This document shows positions 1 to 8,547 of a stretch of 59,732 nucleotides of DNA, one piece after another. The DNA lies in assembly GCA_017453165.1 (NCBI GenBank), contig JAFTKR010000018.1, forward strand, positions 1 through 59,732, written 5' to 3'. Within the stretch, counting starts at the first letter, position 1; each line of letters starts with the position of its first letter. The notes below the pieces were generated by a model that saw nothing but the letters and a program-made list of their open reading frames with translations, was not told the DNA's origin and made no database searches. The DNA is from Clostridia bacterium. GTDB lineage: Bacteria; Bacillota; Clostridia; Christensenellales; Borkfalkiaceae. A program made the translations under genes and the position numbers.

Positions 1-201
1 GACGGGAGTTTACTTAGTGGTAAACGAGCAAAGAAAAACGCAAGTTCGACGATTTATCACCAAGCCCGTTCGAAGCGAGTAAAACGCGGAGATACGAGCA
101 GTTTAAGGCGCGACGAGCACGGCGCAGGGAGCGTACTTAGCCGTACGCGACCAAAACGCGCGCAGTCGCAACGAAGAAATGCGACGTATATACGCGTTTT
201 A
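1..201 (-). repeat. Modular 3'-end repeat element, copy R1 (truncated by the window edge). It begins inside the TAA stop of the metallopeptidase gene.
   Basis: The reverse complement of 1..200 reads TAAAACGCGTATATACGTCGCATTTCTTCGTTGCGAC... It differs from 45685..45850 at 5 positions in ~165 nt. It contains the right-hand terminus GTATCTCCGCGTTTTA and the hairpin GTTTAC-N6-GTAAAC (8..27). Confidence 0.9.
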
Positions 202-930
202 CCTACGACGACGTCCGCCAAATATCGCCAATACCCACACCATAAACCGTAAGAAATACACGAGCGAAGTTGCTAACGACGCTACGTAAGTCATCGCCGC
301 CGCGCTTAATACGCGCTCCGCGCCGTCACTTTCTTGTTCCGTTAAGATGCCTTGTTCTAAAAGCATCTTCTTTGCGCGACGACTCGCGTCGAATTCGACG
401 GGCAAGGTGACGAGCATAAAGAGCGTCGAAAGTCCGTAGAAAGCAACGCCGACCATAGCAAGCGTATAACCCAAACTCGAACCCTGCCCCGTATAAACGA
501 ATAAATCTAAAATAAATCCAAGCAACACGAGAGGCATAGCAAGCCGTGAGCCGATATTGCAAACGGGTACGAGCGCCGTGCGGATTTTATAGGGGAGATA
601 CCCTTTCTTTTTTTGTAATACGTGTCCGATCTCGTGCGCGGCAACCGCTATCGAACCGATCGAATCGTCGCCGTACGTACTTTCCGACAAGTTCACCAAA
701 CCCTTGGTGGGGTGGTAGTGGTCGGTCAGTTCGCCACGAACCCGTTCGACGCGAATATCGTCCACGCCGTTCGCGCGAAGCAAACGCACCGCCGTATCGT
801 AACCCGTCATACGGGAATTTGCGCCTACGCTACGGTATGCGCGATAGGTAGTCTTTACTTTATTACTCGCCCAGCCCGAAAATACCGCGCAAAGCAAAAT
901 AAGTCCAAAAAATAAAAAATAATACTGCAT
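199..930 (-). CDS. Putative membrane zinc metallopeptidase (YugP / Zn-peptidase-2-like)
   Basis: ORF 199..996 was trimmed to the ATG at 930, which is preceded by GGAGAAAGAGA. It has an N-terminal TM helix, the HExxH motif AAHEIGHVLQ and C-terminal TM helices. Confidence 0.8.
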   Translation of the reverse strand: MQYYFLFFGLILLCAVFSGWASNKVKTTYRAYRSVGANSRMTGYDTAVRLLRANGVDDIRVERVRGELTDHYHPTKGLVNLSESTYGDDSIGSIAVAAHEIGHVLQKKKGYLPYKIRTALVPVCNIGSRLAMPLVLLGFILDLFVYTGQGSSLGYTLAMVGVAFYGLSTLFMLVTLPVEFDASRRAKKMLLEQGILTEQESDGAERVLSAAAMTYVASLATSLVYFLRFMVWVLAIFGGRRRR

Positions 931-1029
931 TCTCTTTCTCCAACCGGAAAATTTCTTACGCTTTATATATACGCAAGTTTTTCGGCTTTTAAGCAAAAAA
1001 TAGAAATTCTCGTACCTGCTACGCCTATT

Positions 1030-1833
1030 TTATAAATCCAACGCGAATTTATAAAGGTCGGATTTGGAAACGCCACGGTCTTTCGCCGCCTTTTTTAACG
1101 CCGTTTTCTTATCTAAACCCTGCGAAATATAATATTCGATATGCTCGGTTTCCGAAAGAGAATTTAACGGATTTTCCTTCTCTTTCGCGCCTTCAACAAC
1201 GAGTACGTACTCCCCGCGTTTTTCTCCCGTCAACCCTTCAGACAAAAGGAAAGGAACGCTTTCTTCATGGATCTTTGTAATCTCTCTTACCGCCACCGCT
1301 TGCCGTTCGCCAAAGACTTCGTACATTGCTTTTACGTCCTTATCAACGTCCTGCGGAGCGCAGTGGAACACCATCGTCAAATCCAACTCTTTATACTTTT
1401 CTAAAACCGCTTTTTTCTCGGACTGTTTTTCGGGTAAAAATCCGATAAACGCGAATCGATCGGCGTTCAACGCCGACAATACGAGCCCTGCGACGAACGC
1501 GCACGCGCCGGGAATTAGCGTGTACGGTTCTCCCGCTTCCCGTAGCGTCTTACAAACCACGTTCCCCGGATCGGAAACGACGGGCGTACCCGCGTCCGAT
1601 ACGACCGCAACCTTTTTTCCCGATCTACTCTCCGACAAAATTCTCGCTCCGGCTTCCGTTTCGTTAAATTTATGACAGGAAAATAACGGTTTTTTGATCT
1701 CGTACGCATTCAAAAGCTTCAACGTGTGCCGAGTATCTTCGCAAAAAATTACGTCCGCTTCCTTTAACGTTTCCAACGCTCGAAGCGTAATGTCCTTTAA
1801 ATTCCCGATTGGGGTGGCTACGAAATATACCAT
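1030..1833 (-). CDS. rsmI: 16S rRNA (cytidine1402-2'-O)-methyltransferase RsmI
   Basis: The N-terminus MVYFVATPIGNLKDITLRALETLKEADVIFCEDTRHT is the typical RsmI/tetrapyrrole-methylase-fold signature. The SD is AAGGAGAG. The neighbouring yabB-like gene matches the Bacillus arrangement. Confidence 0.9.
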   Translation of the reverse strand: MVYFVATPIGNLKDITLRALETLKEADVIFCEDTRHTLKLLNAYEIKKPLFSCHKFNETEAGARILSESRSGKKVAVVSDAGTPVVSDPGNVVCKTLREAGEPYTLIPGACAFVAGLVLSALNADRFAFIGFLPEKQSEKKAVLEKYKELDLTMVFHCAPQDVDKDVKAMYEVFGERQAVAVREITKIHEESVPFLLSEGLTGEKRGEYVLVVEGAKEKENPLNSLSETEHIEYYISQGLDKKTALKKAAKDRGVSKSDLYKFALDL

Positions 1834-1857
1834 TTTTCTCTCCTTGTTTTTTACGGG

Positions 1858-1873
1858 TGTTTATCGTGAAACA
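1858..1873. promoter_or_regulatory. parS-like imperfect palindrome TGTTTATCGTGAAACA
   Basis: It matches the Bacillota parS consensus TGTTNCACGTGAAACA at 14 of 16 positions. It is intergenic, between rsmI and the methyltransferase gene. Confidence 0.3.
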
Positions 1874-1891
1874 AACTCTTTTTTATCGAGC

Positions 1892-2578
1892 TTAATTTAC
1901 GATAGTGGGTAAAATTTCCGTGGCGGGTTTTCCGCCTTTAACGCCTTCGACGAGTACGAGATAGGGTTTTTCATCCTTACCGCCGACGACGAATTGAATT
2001 TTTTTAATTTCGATATTGACGGATTTAAAGGTATAGCAAATTTCCGCCAGACGATCCGCTCGATGGACGAGATTGATTCTCCCACCGAACTTTAAAGCAA
2101 ACGCCGCCGCCTTGGCAATCTCGGCAAGGTTGATTGTAATTTCCTTACGACAAATCGCTTTTTCGTAATCGTCGTTTTCTAATCCGCCACGCTCATACGG
2201 GGGATTACAAAGCACGAGCGAGAACTGTTCTCGATACCGCTTAGGAATATCTTGCAAACGACAGTTAACCGTTTCAAAACAATCGAAATCGTTAAGCTTT
2301 GCCGTTTTCAAAGACAAATCCGCCAAACTTTTTTGCATTTCAAAAAGGGAGAAGCGCAAATTTTTTTTCGTATGGCGATGGAGCGCGTAAAAATGATAGG
2401 CAACGACTCCGCTACCCGCGCAAAAATCGGCAACCTTTTCGCCCGACCTCGCTTTTGCGAACTTGGAAAGCAGGACGGAATCGGACGTAAAACGGTACAA
2501 CCTCGTATCCTGCACAATCTTCAATCCGTCGATTTGCATATCTTCCGCGACTTCAAATTCCGAAAGTTCTATTTCCAC
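1892..2578 (-). CDS. Class I SAM-dependent N6-adenine methyltransferase, TrmN6/YabB-like
   Basis: It has the NPPY catalytic motif (LVLCNPPYERGG) and the SAM-binding loop DFCAGSGVV. The start is GTG with SD AGGAGAAAGG. It lies upstream of rsmI, as yabB does in Bacillus. Confidence 0.7.
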   Translation of the reverse strand: MEIELSEFEVAEDMQIDGLKIVQDTRLYRFTSDSVLLSKFAKARSGEKVADFCAGSGVVAYHFYALHRHTKKNLRFSLFEMQKSLADLSLKTAKLNDFDCFETVNCRLQDIPKRYREQFSLVLCNPPYERGGLENDDYEKAICRKEITINLAEIAKAAAFALKFGGRINLVHRADRLAEICYTFKSVNIEIKKIQFVVGGKDEKPYLVLVEGVKGGKPATEILPTIVN

Positions 2579-2704
2579 AAGCCTTTCTCCTTTCTAAATC
2601 TACCCTTTCATTATACTAAAACGCTCAAAAAAAGTCAATGCTATAATCGAAACTTCCACAGAAAACGCACACATAGTTTTTTAAAAATACCACAAACTTC
2701 TAAC

Positions 2705-4180
2705 GTGAACGACTACATTTTTAAAAATTTAAAACACAACTTATCGGCGGTAAAAGAACTTTTACCCGCCAAAGACATCTTAACGTACGAATTTGAAACG
2801 TACGACGGTACGGCTTGCGCGATTATCTACGCGGACGGTATGGTCAACAAACAACTTTTAGGGGATTTAGTCGCTCGGCCGTTAAACAACCTTTCTTTGG
2901 AAAACGAAGGGGGCAGGTACGAGATGAGCGATATTATCGCAACGATTGAAACCACACTTTTATTCCCCGAACTAAAAAAGGAAAGTGAATGGGGAAACGC
3001 CGTCAAAGAGATTTTGGACGGGAACAGTTTATTGCTCGTAGACGGAATCAACGTCGGGTTTATCGTCGGGGCGAAATTTCTGCCCGTCCGCGCGATTATG
3101 GAACCGCCGTCCGACGTTGCGATCAAAGGGCCGAGAGAAGGGTTTATCGAAGATATCAAAACGAACATGACGCTCGTACGCAAACGGTTAAAGACGCCCG
3201 ACCTGCTCTTTGAACAACTGCGAATTGGAAAACGGAGCGACACGCACGTCGTCATATGTTATTTAGACGGCACGTCGAACGAAAAAGTCAAGAACGAAAT
3301 ATCCCAAAAACTCCAAGAAATCGACGTGGATTGCATCGTCGATTCGTCCTATATCGCCGCTTTAATCGCGCCGAAAAAACACTCGGTATTCAAGCAAATC
3401 GGTTCTACGGAAAAACCCGACGTCTTTTGCGCAAAAATTGCGGAAGGGCGAGTAGGAGTGCTTGTGGACGGTTCGCCGATCGCGTTGACGTTTCCCTATC
3501 TTTTAACGGAAGATCTACAAAGTAGTGAAGACTATTTCGTTTCGCCGACGATGGCGACGATCTTCCGCGGGATCCGCTTTCTTTCCTTGATTATCGCCCT
3601 GATCCTACCCGCATTTTACGTCACGGCGCAAATTTTTAAAATGCAACTTTTACCGCTCGGCTTGACCTTGACGATCGCAGGCGGAGTACAGGGACTTCCC
3701 CTTTCCCCCAGCCTTGAAATCTTCGTCGTACTACTCCTTTTAGAAATTCTAAAGGAAGCAAGTATCCGTATGCCGAAATACGTCGGTATGTCGCTTTCCG
3801 TCGTAGGCGCGCTCGTGCTTGGCGAAGCGGCAGTGTCCGCAGGTTTCTTATCAACGCCCGCGATTATCGTCGTTGCTATTTCGGGAATTTGCTTATATAC
3901 CGTTCCAAATTTTGTGGAAACGGGCAGTATTTTAAGATGGATTTTTCTACTCGTCGCAGGAAGTATCGGCCCGTTAGGGATCATACTTTTCGCCACGTTT
4001 TTATTCTACTATCTCGTGGACGCAGACGGGTTCGGCGCGCCATTGCTCGCGCCCTTTTCTCCGCTTTCTAAAAGAGATTTACGGGATTCCATCGTGAAAT
4101 ACGGATTCCAGTCTTTAAGCAAACGTCCGATCACGTTACGTTCTAAAAACAAAACGCGTTATAAATTTAAATCAAATTAA
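2705..4180 (+). CDS. Spore germination protein, GerA-family A subunit
   Basis: The first ~150 codons of ORF 2252..4180 overlap the opposite-strand methyltransferase and look non-coding. I trimmed to the in-frame GTG at 2705; the start is uncertain. The soluble N-domain, the C-terminal TM bundle and the position ahead of the B and C subunits fit GerAA/GerKA-type proteins. Confidence 0.75.
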   Translation: MNDYIFKNLKHNLSAVKELLPAKDILTYEFETYDGTACAIIYADGMVNKQLLGDLVARPLNNLSLENEGGRYEMSDIIATIETTLLFPELKKESEWGNAVKEILDGNSLLLVDGINVGFIVGAKFLPVRAIMEPPSDVAIKGPREGFIEDIKTNMTLVRKRLKTPDLLFEQLRIGKRSDTHVVICYLDGTSNEKVKNEISQKLQEIDVDCIVDSSYIAALIAPKKHSVFKQIGSTEKPDVFCAKIAEGRVGVLVDGSPIALTFPYLLTEDLQSSEDYFVSPTMATIFRGIRFLSLIIALILPAFYVTAQIFKMQLLPLGLTLTIAGGVQGLPLSPSLEIFVVLLLLEILKEASIRMPKYVGMSLSVVGALVLGEAAVSAGFLSTPAIIVVAISGICLYTVPNFVETGSILRWIFLLVAGSIGPLGIILFATFLFYYLVDADGFGAPLLAPFSPLSKRDLRDSIVKYGFQSLSKRPITLRSKNKTRYKFKSN

Positions 4181-4191
4181 AGGAAAACTGT

Positions 4192-5361
4192 ATGCAACAG
4201 CTTGTTCAACGCGTACATGGTACGCCGAAATCCAATAATTCCACCTTTACTTCCGCCATCGGGGCGCGACAAATCTGTTTTTTCGCCGCGTTCATTTTAC
4301 CCGTCTTTCGCTTTTTAGAAACGCCGTCGCTCCTATCCGCCTACACGGAAGGGGATTTGCTCTTACCTGCGGTTTTGCATTTTTTAATCCAGTCTTTGCC
4401 GATCGGCGCGCTACTTTTTATCACGTCGAAAACGGAACGGGGATTGTTTTCTCTACTCTACGAAAAATTAGGAAAAGTCGGGACGCGCGTCGTCTACGCC
4501 ATATTGGCAATTTATTATCTTTTTTCTACGATCCTTCCTATTTTAGATCTGGAAAAATACGTGCAAGCCGTATTTTTCGACACTGCGCCAAGTATGTTTT
4601 CACTCACGCCGTTCTTTTTATTGAGCGCGTTTATTTCTTCTAGACAGTTGCGCTCGTTTGGACGAATCGCCGATCTTTGTCTGCCAATCTTTTTAATCGG
4701 TTTTTTTGGAGTTACGTTTATGTCCGTGGGGAAAGCGGATTTTGAAGCCATGCTACCGTGGTTTGAGTTTCCATTCGAAAAGATTGCGCTCGCCACGAAA
4801 AACACGACGGCGCACTTCTCCGACGCAATCTTATTTTTTCCTTTGCTGGGGGATTATCAATATAAAAAAGGGGACGGGAAGAAAATTCTCGGTTCGTATT
4901 GGGTTGGATGCGGATTTTGCCTGTTCTTTTTCGCAACCTTTTACGGCTTATTTACTAGCGTTGCGTCCACGCACCACTACGCGCTTAGTAAAATCGGACA
5001 GTATTTTTCCGCTTTGCAAACACTCGGTAGAATCGATTTAATTTTCAGTTACCTTTTAACGATTATCCTTTTTTATAACGTCACGCTACCCATACAGTTT
5101 TGCGTACTTTGCATAACGAAAACGTTAGGTTTAAAGCAAAGAACGCCGACTTCCGCCCTTTTAAATTTCGGGCTTTTCTTATTCGCATTTTTTTGCAACC
5201 GTCATTACGACGGATTTTACGCGCTCGTTTCCAAAACACTGTGGTGGATTTTTCCCACTTTCTCCGTTTTGTTGCCCTTGCTTGCGCTCCTGCTCTTGCT
5301 CGGCAAACGCCGAACGAACGCTAAAAATCGAACGTTAAAGGAGAACACGTATGCGTATTAA
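4192..5361 (+). CDS. Spore germination protein, GerAB-type permease (B subunit)
   Basis: It is an APC-like integral membrane protein with about 10 TM helices, starting 12 nt after the A subunit with SD AAAGGA. It is the middle gene of the A-B-C arrangement. Confidence 0.7.
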   Translation: MQQLVQRVHGTPKSNNSTFTSAIGARQICFFAAFILPVFRFLETPSLLSAYTEGDLLLPAVLHFLIQSLPIGALLFITSKTERGLFSLLYEKLGKVGTRVVYAILAIYYLFSTILPILDLEKYVQAVFFDTAPSMFSLTPFFLLSAFISSRQLRSFGRIADLCLPIFLIGFFGVTFMSVGKADFEAMLPWFEFPFEKIALATKNTTAHFSDAILFFPLLGDYQYKKGDGKKILGSYWVGCGFCLFFFATFYGLFTSVASTHHYALSKIGQYFSALQTLGRIDLIFSYLLTIILFYNVTLPIQFCVLCITKTLGLKQRTPTSALLNFGLFLFAFFCNRHYDGFYALVSKTLWWIFPTFSVLLPLLALLLLLGKRRTNAKNRTLKENTYAY

Positions 5362-6571
5362 AAGCACGAAAGTTTACGTTATTCTTGCCGTCATTCTTGC
5401 CTTTTTGTTCTTTTCCAACGATTTTGGTTTGACGGATATCCAAAAAACGGCGCTCGTAATCGCCGTCGGCGTGGACCGCGAAAACGACGAGTTCGTGATC
5501 ACTTCGCAAATCGCCATGCCGAAGTCCGAACAGGACGGCGAGTCGTCCGAAAGCGCGCAAATCGTCAGTAAAGGTAAGACGGTTGCGGACGCGTTCGAGC
5601 AAATTAACGCAAAAACAGGCTGGTATCCCAAACTCGTTTTTTGTAAGTTGATCGCGCTTGGCGAAAGCGCTACGAAACGAAACGTTTTTGAATGTTTGAA
5701 TTTTTTCTTGCGCGACGAGTATCTTTCCGATAACTGTTCCGTTGCCGTATGCGAAGGAAGCGCGCAGGAAATTTTGAATGCGAAAACCCCCGTTGAGGAC
5801 CTTTCGGGGTTAGCGGCGATCAAAGTACTTTCTTCCCACGCCGAACGGGTGGGGAGCGTACTCCCCAACACCTTACGCGAATTTGCATCTTCCTATTTCG
5901 ATCAAGACAAGAGCGCCTTTTTGCCCATTATCAAGGCAGAAGCGCCACAAGAAGAAACCGCCCAATCCAAAAAAGAACAGAGCGAATCCGGTAAAAGCGG
6001 TGGTAAAGGCGAGAATGGGAGCGCAAGTTCCGGAAAACAAAAAAGTAGCAACGGGGAACAGGAGAAAAAAGTTTTTTCGGCAAGCGAAACGGCGCTTTTT
6101 AACGACGGAAAGCAGGTCGGGAAATTAAACGCGGACGAGAGCAAAACGCTTGCGTTTGTAAAAAACAAACTCCGACTTGCAAGTTACCCCTTGAAAGTAG
6201 ACGACGGGGAATATACTTTGCACGTCAAACGGAACACACCGAAAACGAAATTGTCGTTTGAGCAAGATCAACCGAAATTGGAAATCCAAGTCACCGTCAC
6301 AGCGGGAATTTTGGACGGCTCGAAGTTTCATTCGGTCGAAAGCCTTTCCGACGCAGGCGAAATTCCTAAAAAAGTGTTACAATCCGCCGAAGAAAAACTC
6401 CAAGGCGATATTTTGAAACTATTTGAAAAAACCAAAGCTTTGAACTGCGACGTATTCGATTGCTCGTTGACGTTAAAGCGGAAATACTTCGACCGTTACG
6501 AAAAATATCGGGAAAATCTTTTACGAGAAATTCAGCCGAACGTACGCGTTAAATTCCAAAACGTAAGATAG
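5351..6571 (+). CDS. Spore germination protein, Ger(x)C-family C subunit (no lipobox cysteine)
   Basis: It overlaps the B gene by 11 nt. An N-terminal hydrophobic segment is followed by the TALVIAVGVDRE core typical of Ger(x)C proteins. It is the third gene of the operon. Confidence 0.7.
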   Translation: MRIKSTKVYVILAVILAFLFFSNDFGLTDIQKTALVIAVGVDRENDEFVITSQIAMPKSEQDGESSESAQIVSKGKTVADAFEQINAKTGWYPKLVFCKLIALGESATKRNVFECLNFFLRDEYLSDNCSVAVCEGSAQEILNAKTPVEDLSGLAAIKVLSSHAERVGSVLPNTLREFASSYFDQDKSAFLPIIKAEAPQEETAQSKKEQSESGKSGGKGENGSASSGKQKSSNGEQEKKVFSASETALFNDGKQVGKLNADESKTLAFVKNKLRLASYPLKVDDGEYTLHVKRNTPKTKLSFEQDQPKLEIQVTVTAGILDGSKFHSVESLSDAGEIPKKVLQSAEEKLQGDILKLFEKTKALNCDVFDCSLTLKRKYFDRYEKYRENLLREIQPNVRVKFQNVR

Positions 6572-6613
6572 TTCAACGCGTACCTGCCTAGTTCATTTTC
6601 AATTTTTATAAGA

Positions 6614-6646
6614 AAAGAGCGACGAATTTTTCGTCGCTCTTTTTCC
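6614..6646. terminator. Bidirectional intrinsic terminator between gerC and the lipoprotein gene
   Basis: The stem is AAAGAGCGACGA / TCGTCGCTCTTT with loop ATTTT. An A-run and a T-run flank it. Confidence 0.75.
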
Positions 6647-6659
6647 TCTTGATTTTTAA

Positions 6660-7745
6660 TTATTCGGGCAATACTCTCACCGTAAGTTCAAAGGTTTTTA
6701 AATTGACGATTAGTTCGTAATTGCCGACGTCCTTAAAATTCTCACCGCTACTTGTCAAAACGTTTTCCGGATCTACGATCGTCAACGTATAGGTTCTATA
6801 ATTCTCGGTGTGGAAATCAGGCACGCTCGTGGTGTATTTTGTATCCACCGTGATCCGTTGACGGAAAATATAGGGGACGTCCAATTCGTAAGGGGTTAAC
6901 GTCTTAAATTCTTCCCCGTCGTAATACACGCAACTGTACTTCGCCGTATCGGGATTAACAAGTTCCATGCGAACGACGTACGTTTTGGCGTTGATATAAA
7001 CGTTATACGTACCGCCGACGTTCACCGTCACGTTCGTTTTTCTCGCCGAAGCGTACTTCCCATCGCAATTTTCGTCTAACGCAACCTTATAATTGCTCGT
7101 GTGAACACGGTTAAAAAAGCTGATCATCTTCCCCGCGTCTATATTAAAATTTTGGATCACGAATTCGTCGGCATTCGCAGGATTGACGCTCATTTCCACC
7201 CAGCTAGTCGCTATGCTGAAAATACTGCAATTATTTATGGTGTAGTATTTCGGCGTTACGATCTCCGATTTATATTCCATATCGAATTTCAAAGTGTCCA
7301 CGTCGAAAATCAGTTTATAGATTCCCGCCTTTTTCACGTTGATTTGTATATCGTAACCCTGCTCTTTTTCTTCTTCGGCGTATTCCGCGTCGCTTGCATC
7401 GCCCAAAGACGCGTATAAATCCTTATAATCGTCGGTTACGATATAAAAATAATCTTCTTCGTAGAAATATAAATTATCGTATACCCGTTTGTTGCCGTCG
7501 AGCGAAAAATAGTCCATCTTCAAAAACGCGCCGTTTACTTCCATCCATAAAGAAAAACCGGGGGAAGTGTAATAGGTTTTATCGTCTTCCACGATAAAAT
7601 GTTCGGTGGTAATCTCTTCCGGCGCGACGATTTGGATATCTTCGTTATAATTCGTATTACTTTCCGTGTTAGGCGTATCACACCCAACGAAAAGACTTGT
7701 AAAAGCCAACAACGCTATCGCAATACTTAAACTTTTCCCTTTCAT
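6660..7745 (-). CDS. Hypothetical lipoprotein with three internal repeats
   Basis: The ORF was trimmed to the ATG at 7745 (SD AAAGGAGAAAG). The signal peptide has the lipobox LFVGC. A motif G-x-Y-x-hydrophobic(3)-x-x-x-T-x-x-hydrophobic recurs three times: AGIYKLIFDVDTLKF, GGTYNVYINAKTYVV and VGNYELIVNLKTFEL. Confidence 0.6.
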   Translation of the reverse strand: MKGKSLSIAIALLAFTSLFVGCDTPNTESNTNYNEDIQIVAPEEITTEHFIVEDDKTYYTSPGFSLWMEVNGAFLKMDYFSLDGNKRVYDNLYFYEEDYFYIVTDDYKDLYASLGDASDAEYAEEEKEQGYDIQINVKKAGIYKLIFDVDTLKFDMEYKSEIVTPKYYTINNCSIFSIATSWVEMSVNPANADEFVIQNFNIDAGKMISFFNRVHTSNYKVALDENCDGKYASARKTNVTVNVGGTYNVYINAKTYVVRMELVNPDTAKYSCVYYDGEEFKTLTPYELDVPYIFRQRITVDTKYTTSVPDFHTENYRTYTLTIVDPENVLTSSGENFKDVGNYELIVNLKTFELTVRVLPE

Positions 7746-7830
7746 AATCTTTCTCCTTTTACGGACATTTCGTATCTTTATTGTATCACAAAAAGTTACG
7801 AAATGCAATAGCTATTAAAAAATTAATGAA

Positions 7831-7857
7831 AAAAGCTCTCGTTTTTCGAGAGCTTTT
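7831..7857 (-). terminator. Intrinsic terminator after rpmA
   Basis: On the minus strand: AAAAGCTCTCG-AAAAA-CGAGAGCTTTT followed by TTCATT. Confidence 0.7.
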
Positions 7858-7874
7858 CAATCGTTTTTAGTTTG

Positions 7875-8168
7875 TTAGTTCGCTGCAACTTCGCTTACCG
7901 TAGGATAAACGGAAGCTTTCTTCTTATCTTTGCCCATTCTTTCGTATCTGACAACGCCGTCAACCAAAGCGAACAGGGTATCGTCTTTACCAATACCAAC
8001 GTTCGTACCGGGGTGAATCTTCGTGCCACGTTGGCGAACGAGAATGTTACCCGCAAGTACAGACTGACCGTCGCTACGTTTTACACCAAGTCTTTTGGCT
8101 TCGCTGTCTCTTCCGTTGTGGGAAGAACCCGTACCTTTCTTATGAGCGAATAAACTGATAAAAATCAT
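7875..8168 (-). CDS. rpmA: 50S ribosomal protein L27 with a 7-residue N-terminal extension
   Basis: [31 protein letters not shown]... is the canonical L27 core. The SD is GGAG, 8 nt upstream. Confidence 0.95.
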   Translation of the reverse strand: MIFISLFAHKKGTGSSHNGRDSEAKRLGVKRSDGQSVLAGNILVRQRGTKIHPGTNVGIGKDDTLFALVDGVVRYERMGKDKKKASVYPTVSEVAAN

Positions 8169-8241
8169 TTTTATTTCTCCTTATTTTTAGATTTTCGCTA
8201 TGCAAAATTTCTTTGCAAGCCGTGCAGGGATCGGCGTTCAA

Positions 8242-8547
8242 TTAAAGAACGATCTTTTCGATCTTAACTGCGGTGAAGGGTTGTCTATGACCTTGCTTTT
8301 TACGTTCGTTCTTCTTTGCTTTATATTTGAAGACGATAATCTTCTTCGCCTTGTCTTGCTTAACGACCGTAGCGGTTACCTTCGCATTTGCAACGTCTGC
8401 ACCCGTCTTGATACCATTTTCATCAGAAACCATAAGCACTTTGAAAGATAATTCCGCGCCTTCTTCCGCCGCAAGCTTTTCCAATCTTACAACGTCGCCT
8501 TCCGCAACTTTATATTGCTTGTTTCCGTTATCAATAATAGCGTACAT
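8242..8547 (-). CDS. rplU: 50S ribosomal protein L21
   Basis: [25 protein letters not shown]... is the canonical L21 N-terminus. The gene lies immediately upstream of rpmA. Confidence 0.95.
   Translation of the reverse strand: MYAIIDNGNKQYKVAEGDVVRLEKLAAEEGAELSFKVLMVSDENGIKTGADVANAKVTATVVKQDKAKKIIVFKYKAKKNERKKQGHRQPFTAVKIEKIVL

Noticed and set aside
2252-2704. N-terminal 150 codons of the long ORF 2252..4180
   Set aside because: This part overlaps the opposite-strand methyltransferase gene (1892..2578) and its upstream region. The translation is basic, low-complexity sequence unlike GerA proteins. I trimmed the gene to the GTG at 2705.
2600-2704. Sigma-G/sigma-F type forespore promoter upstream of the ger operon
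   Set aside because: A CACATAG element and a possible -35 element can be picked out. The match to the forespore consensus is weak and the spacing is ambiguous. I could not support a call.
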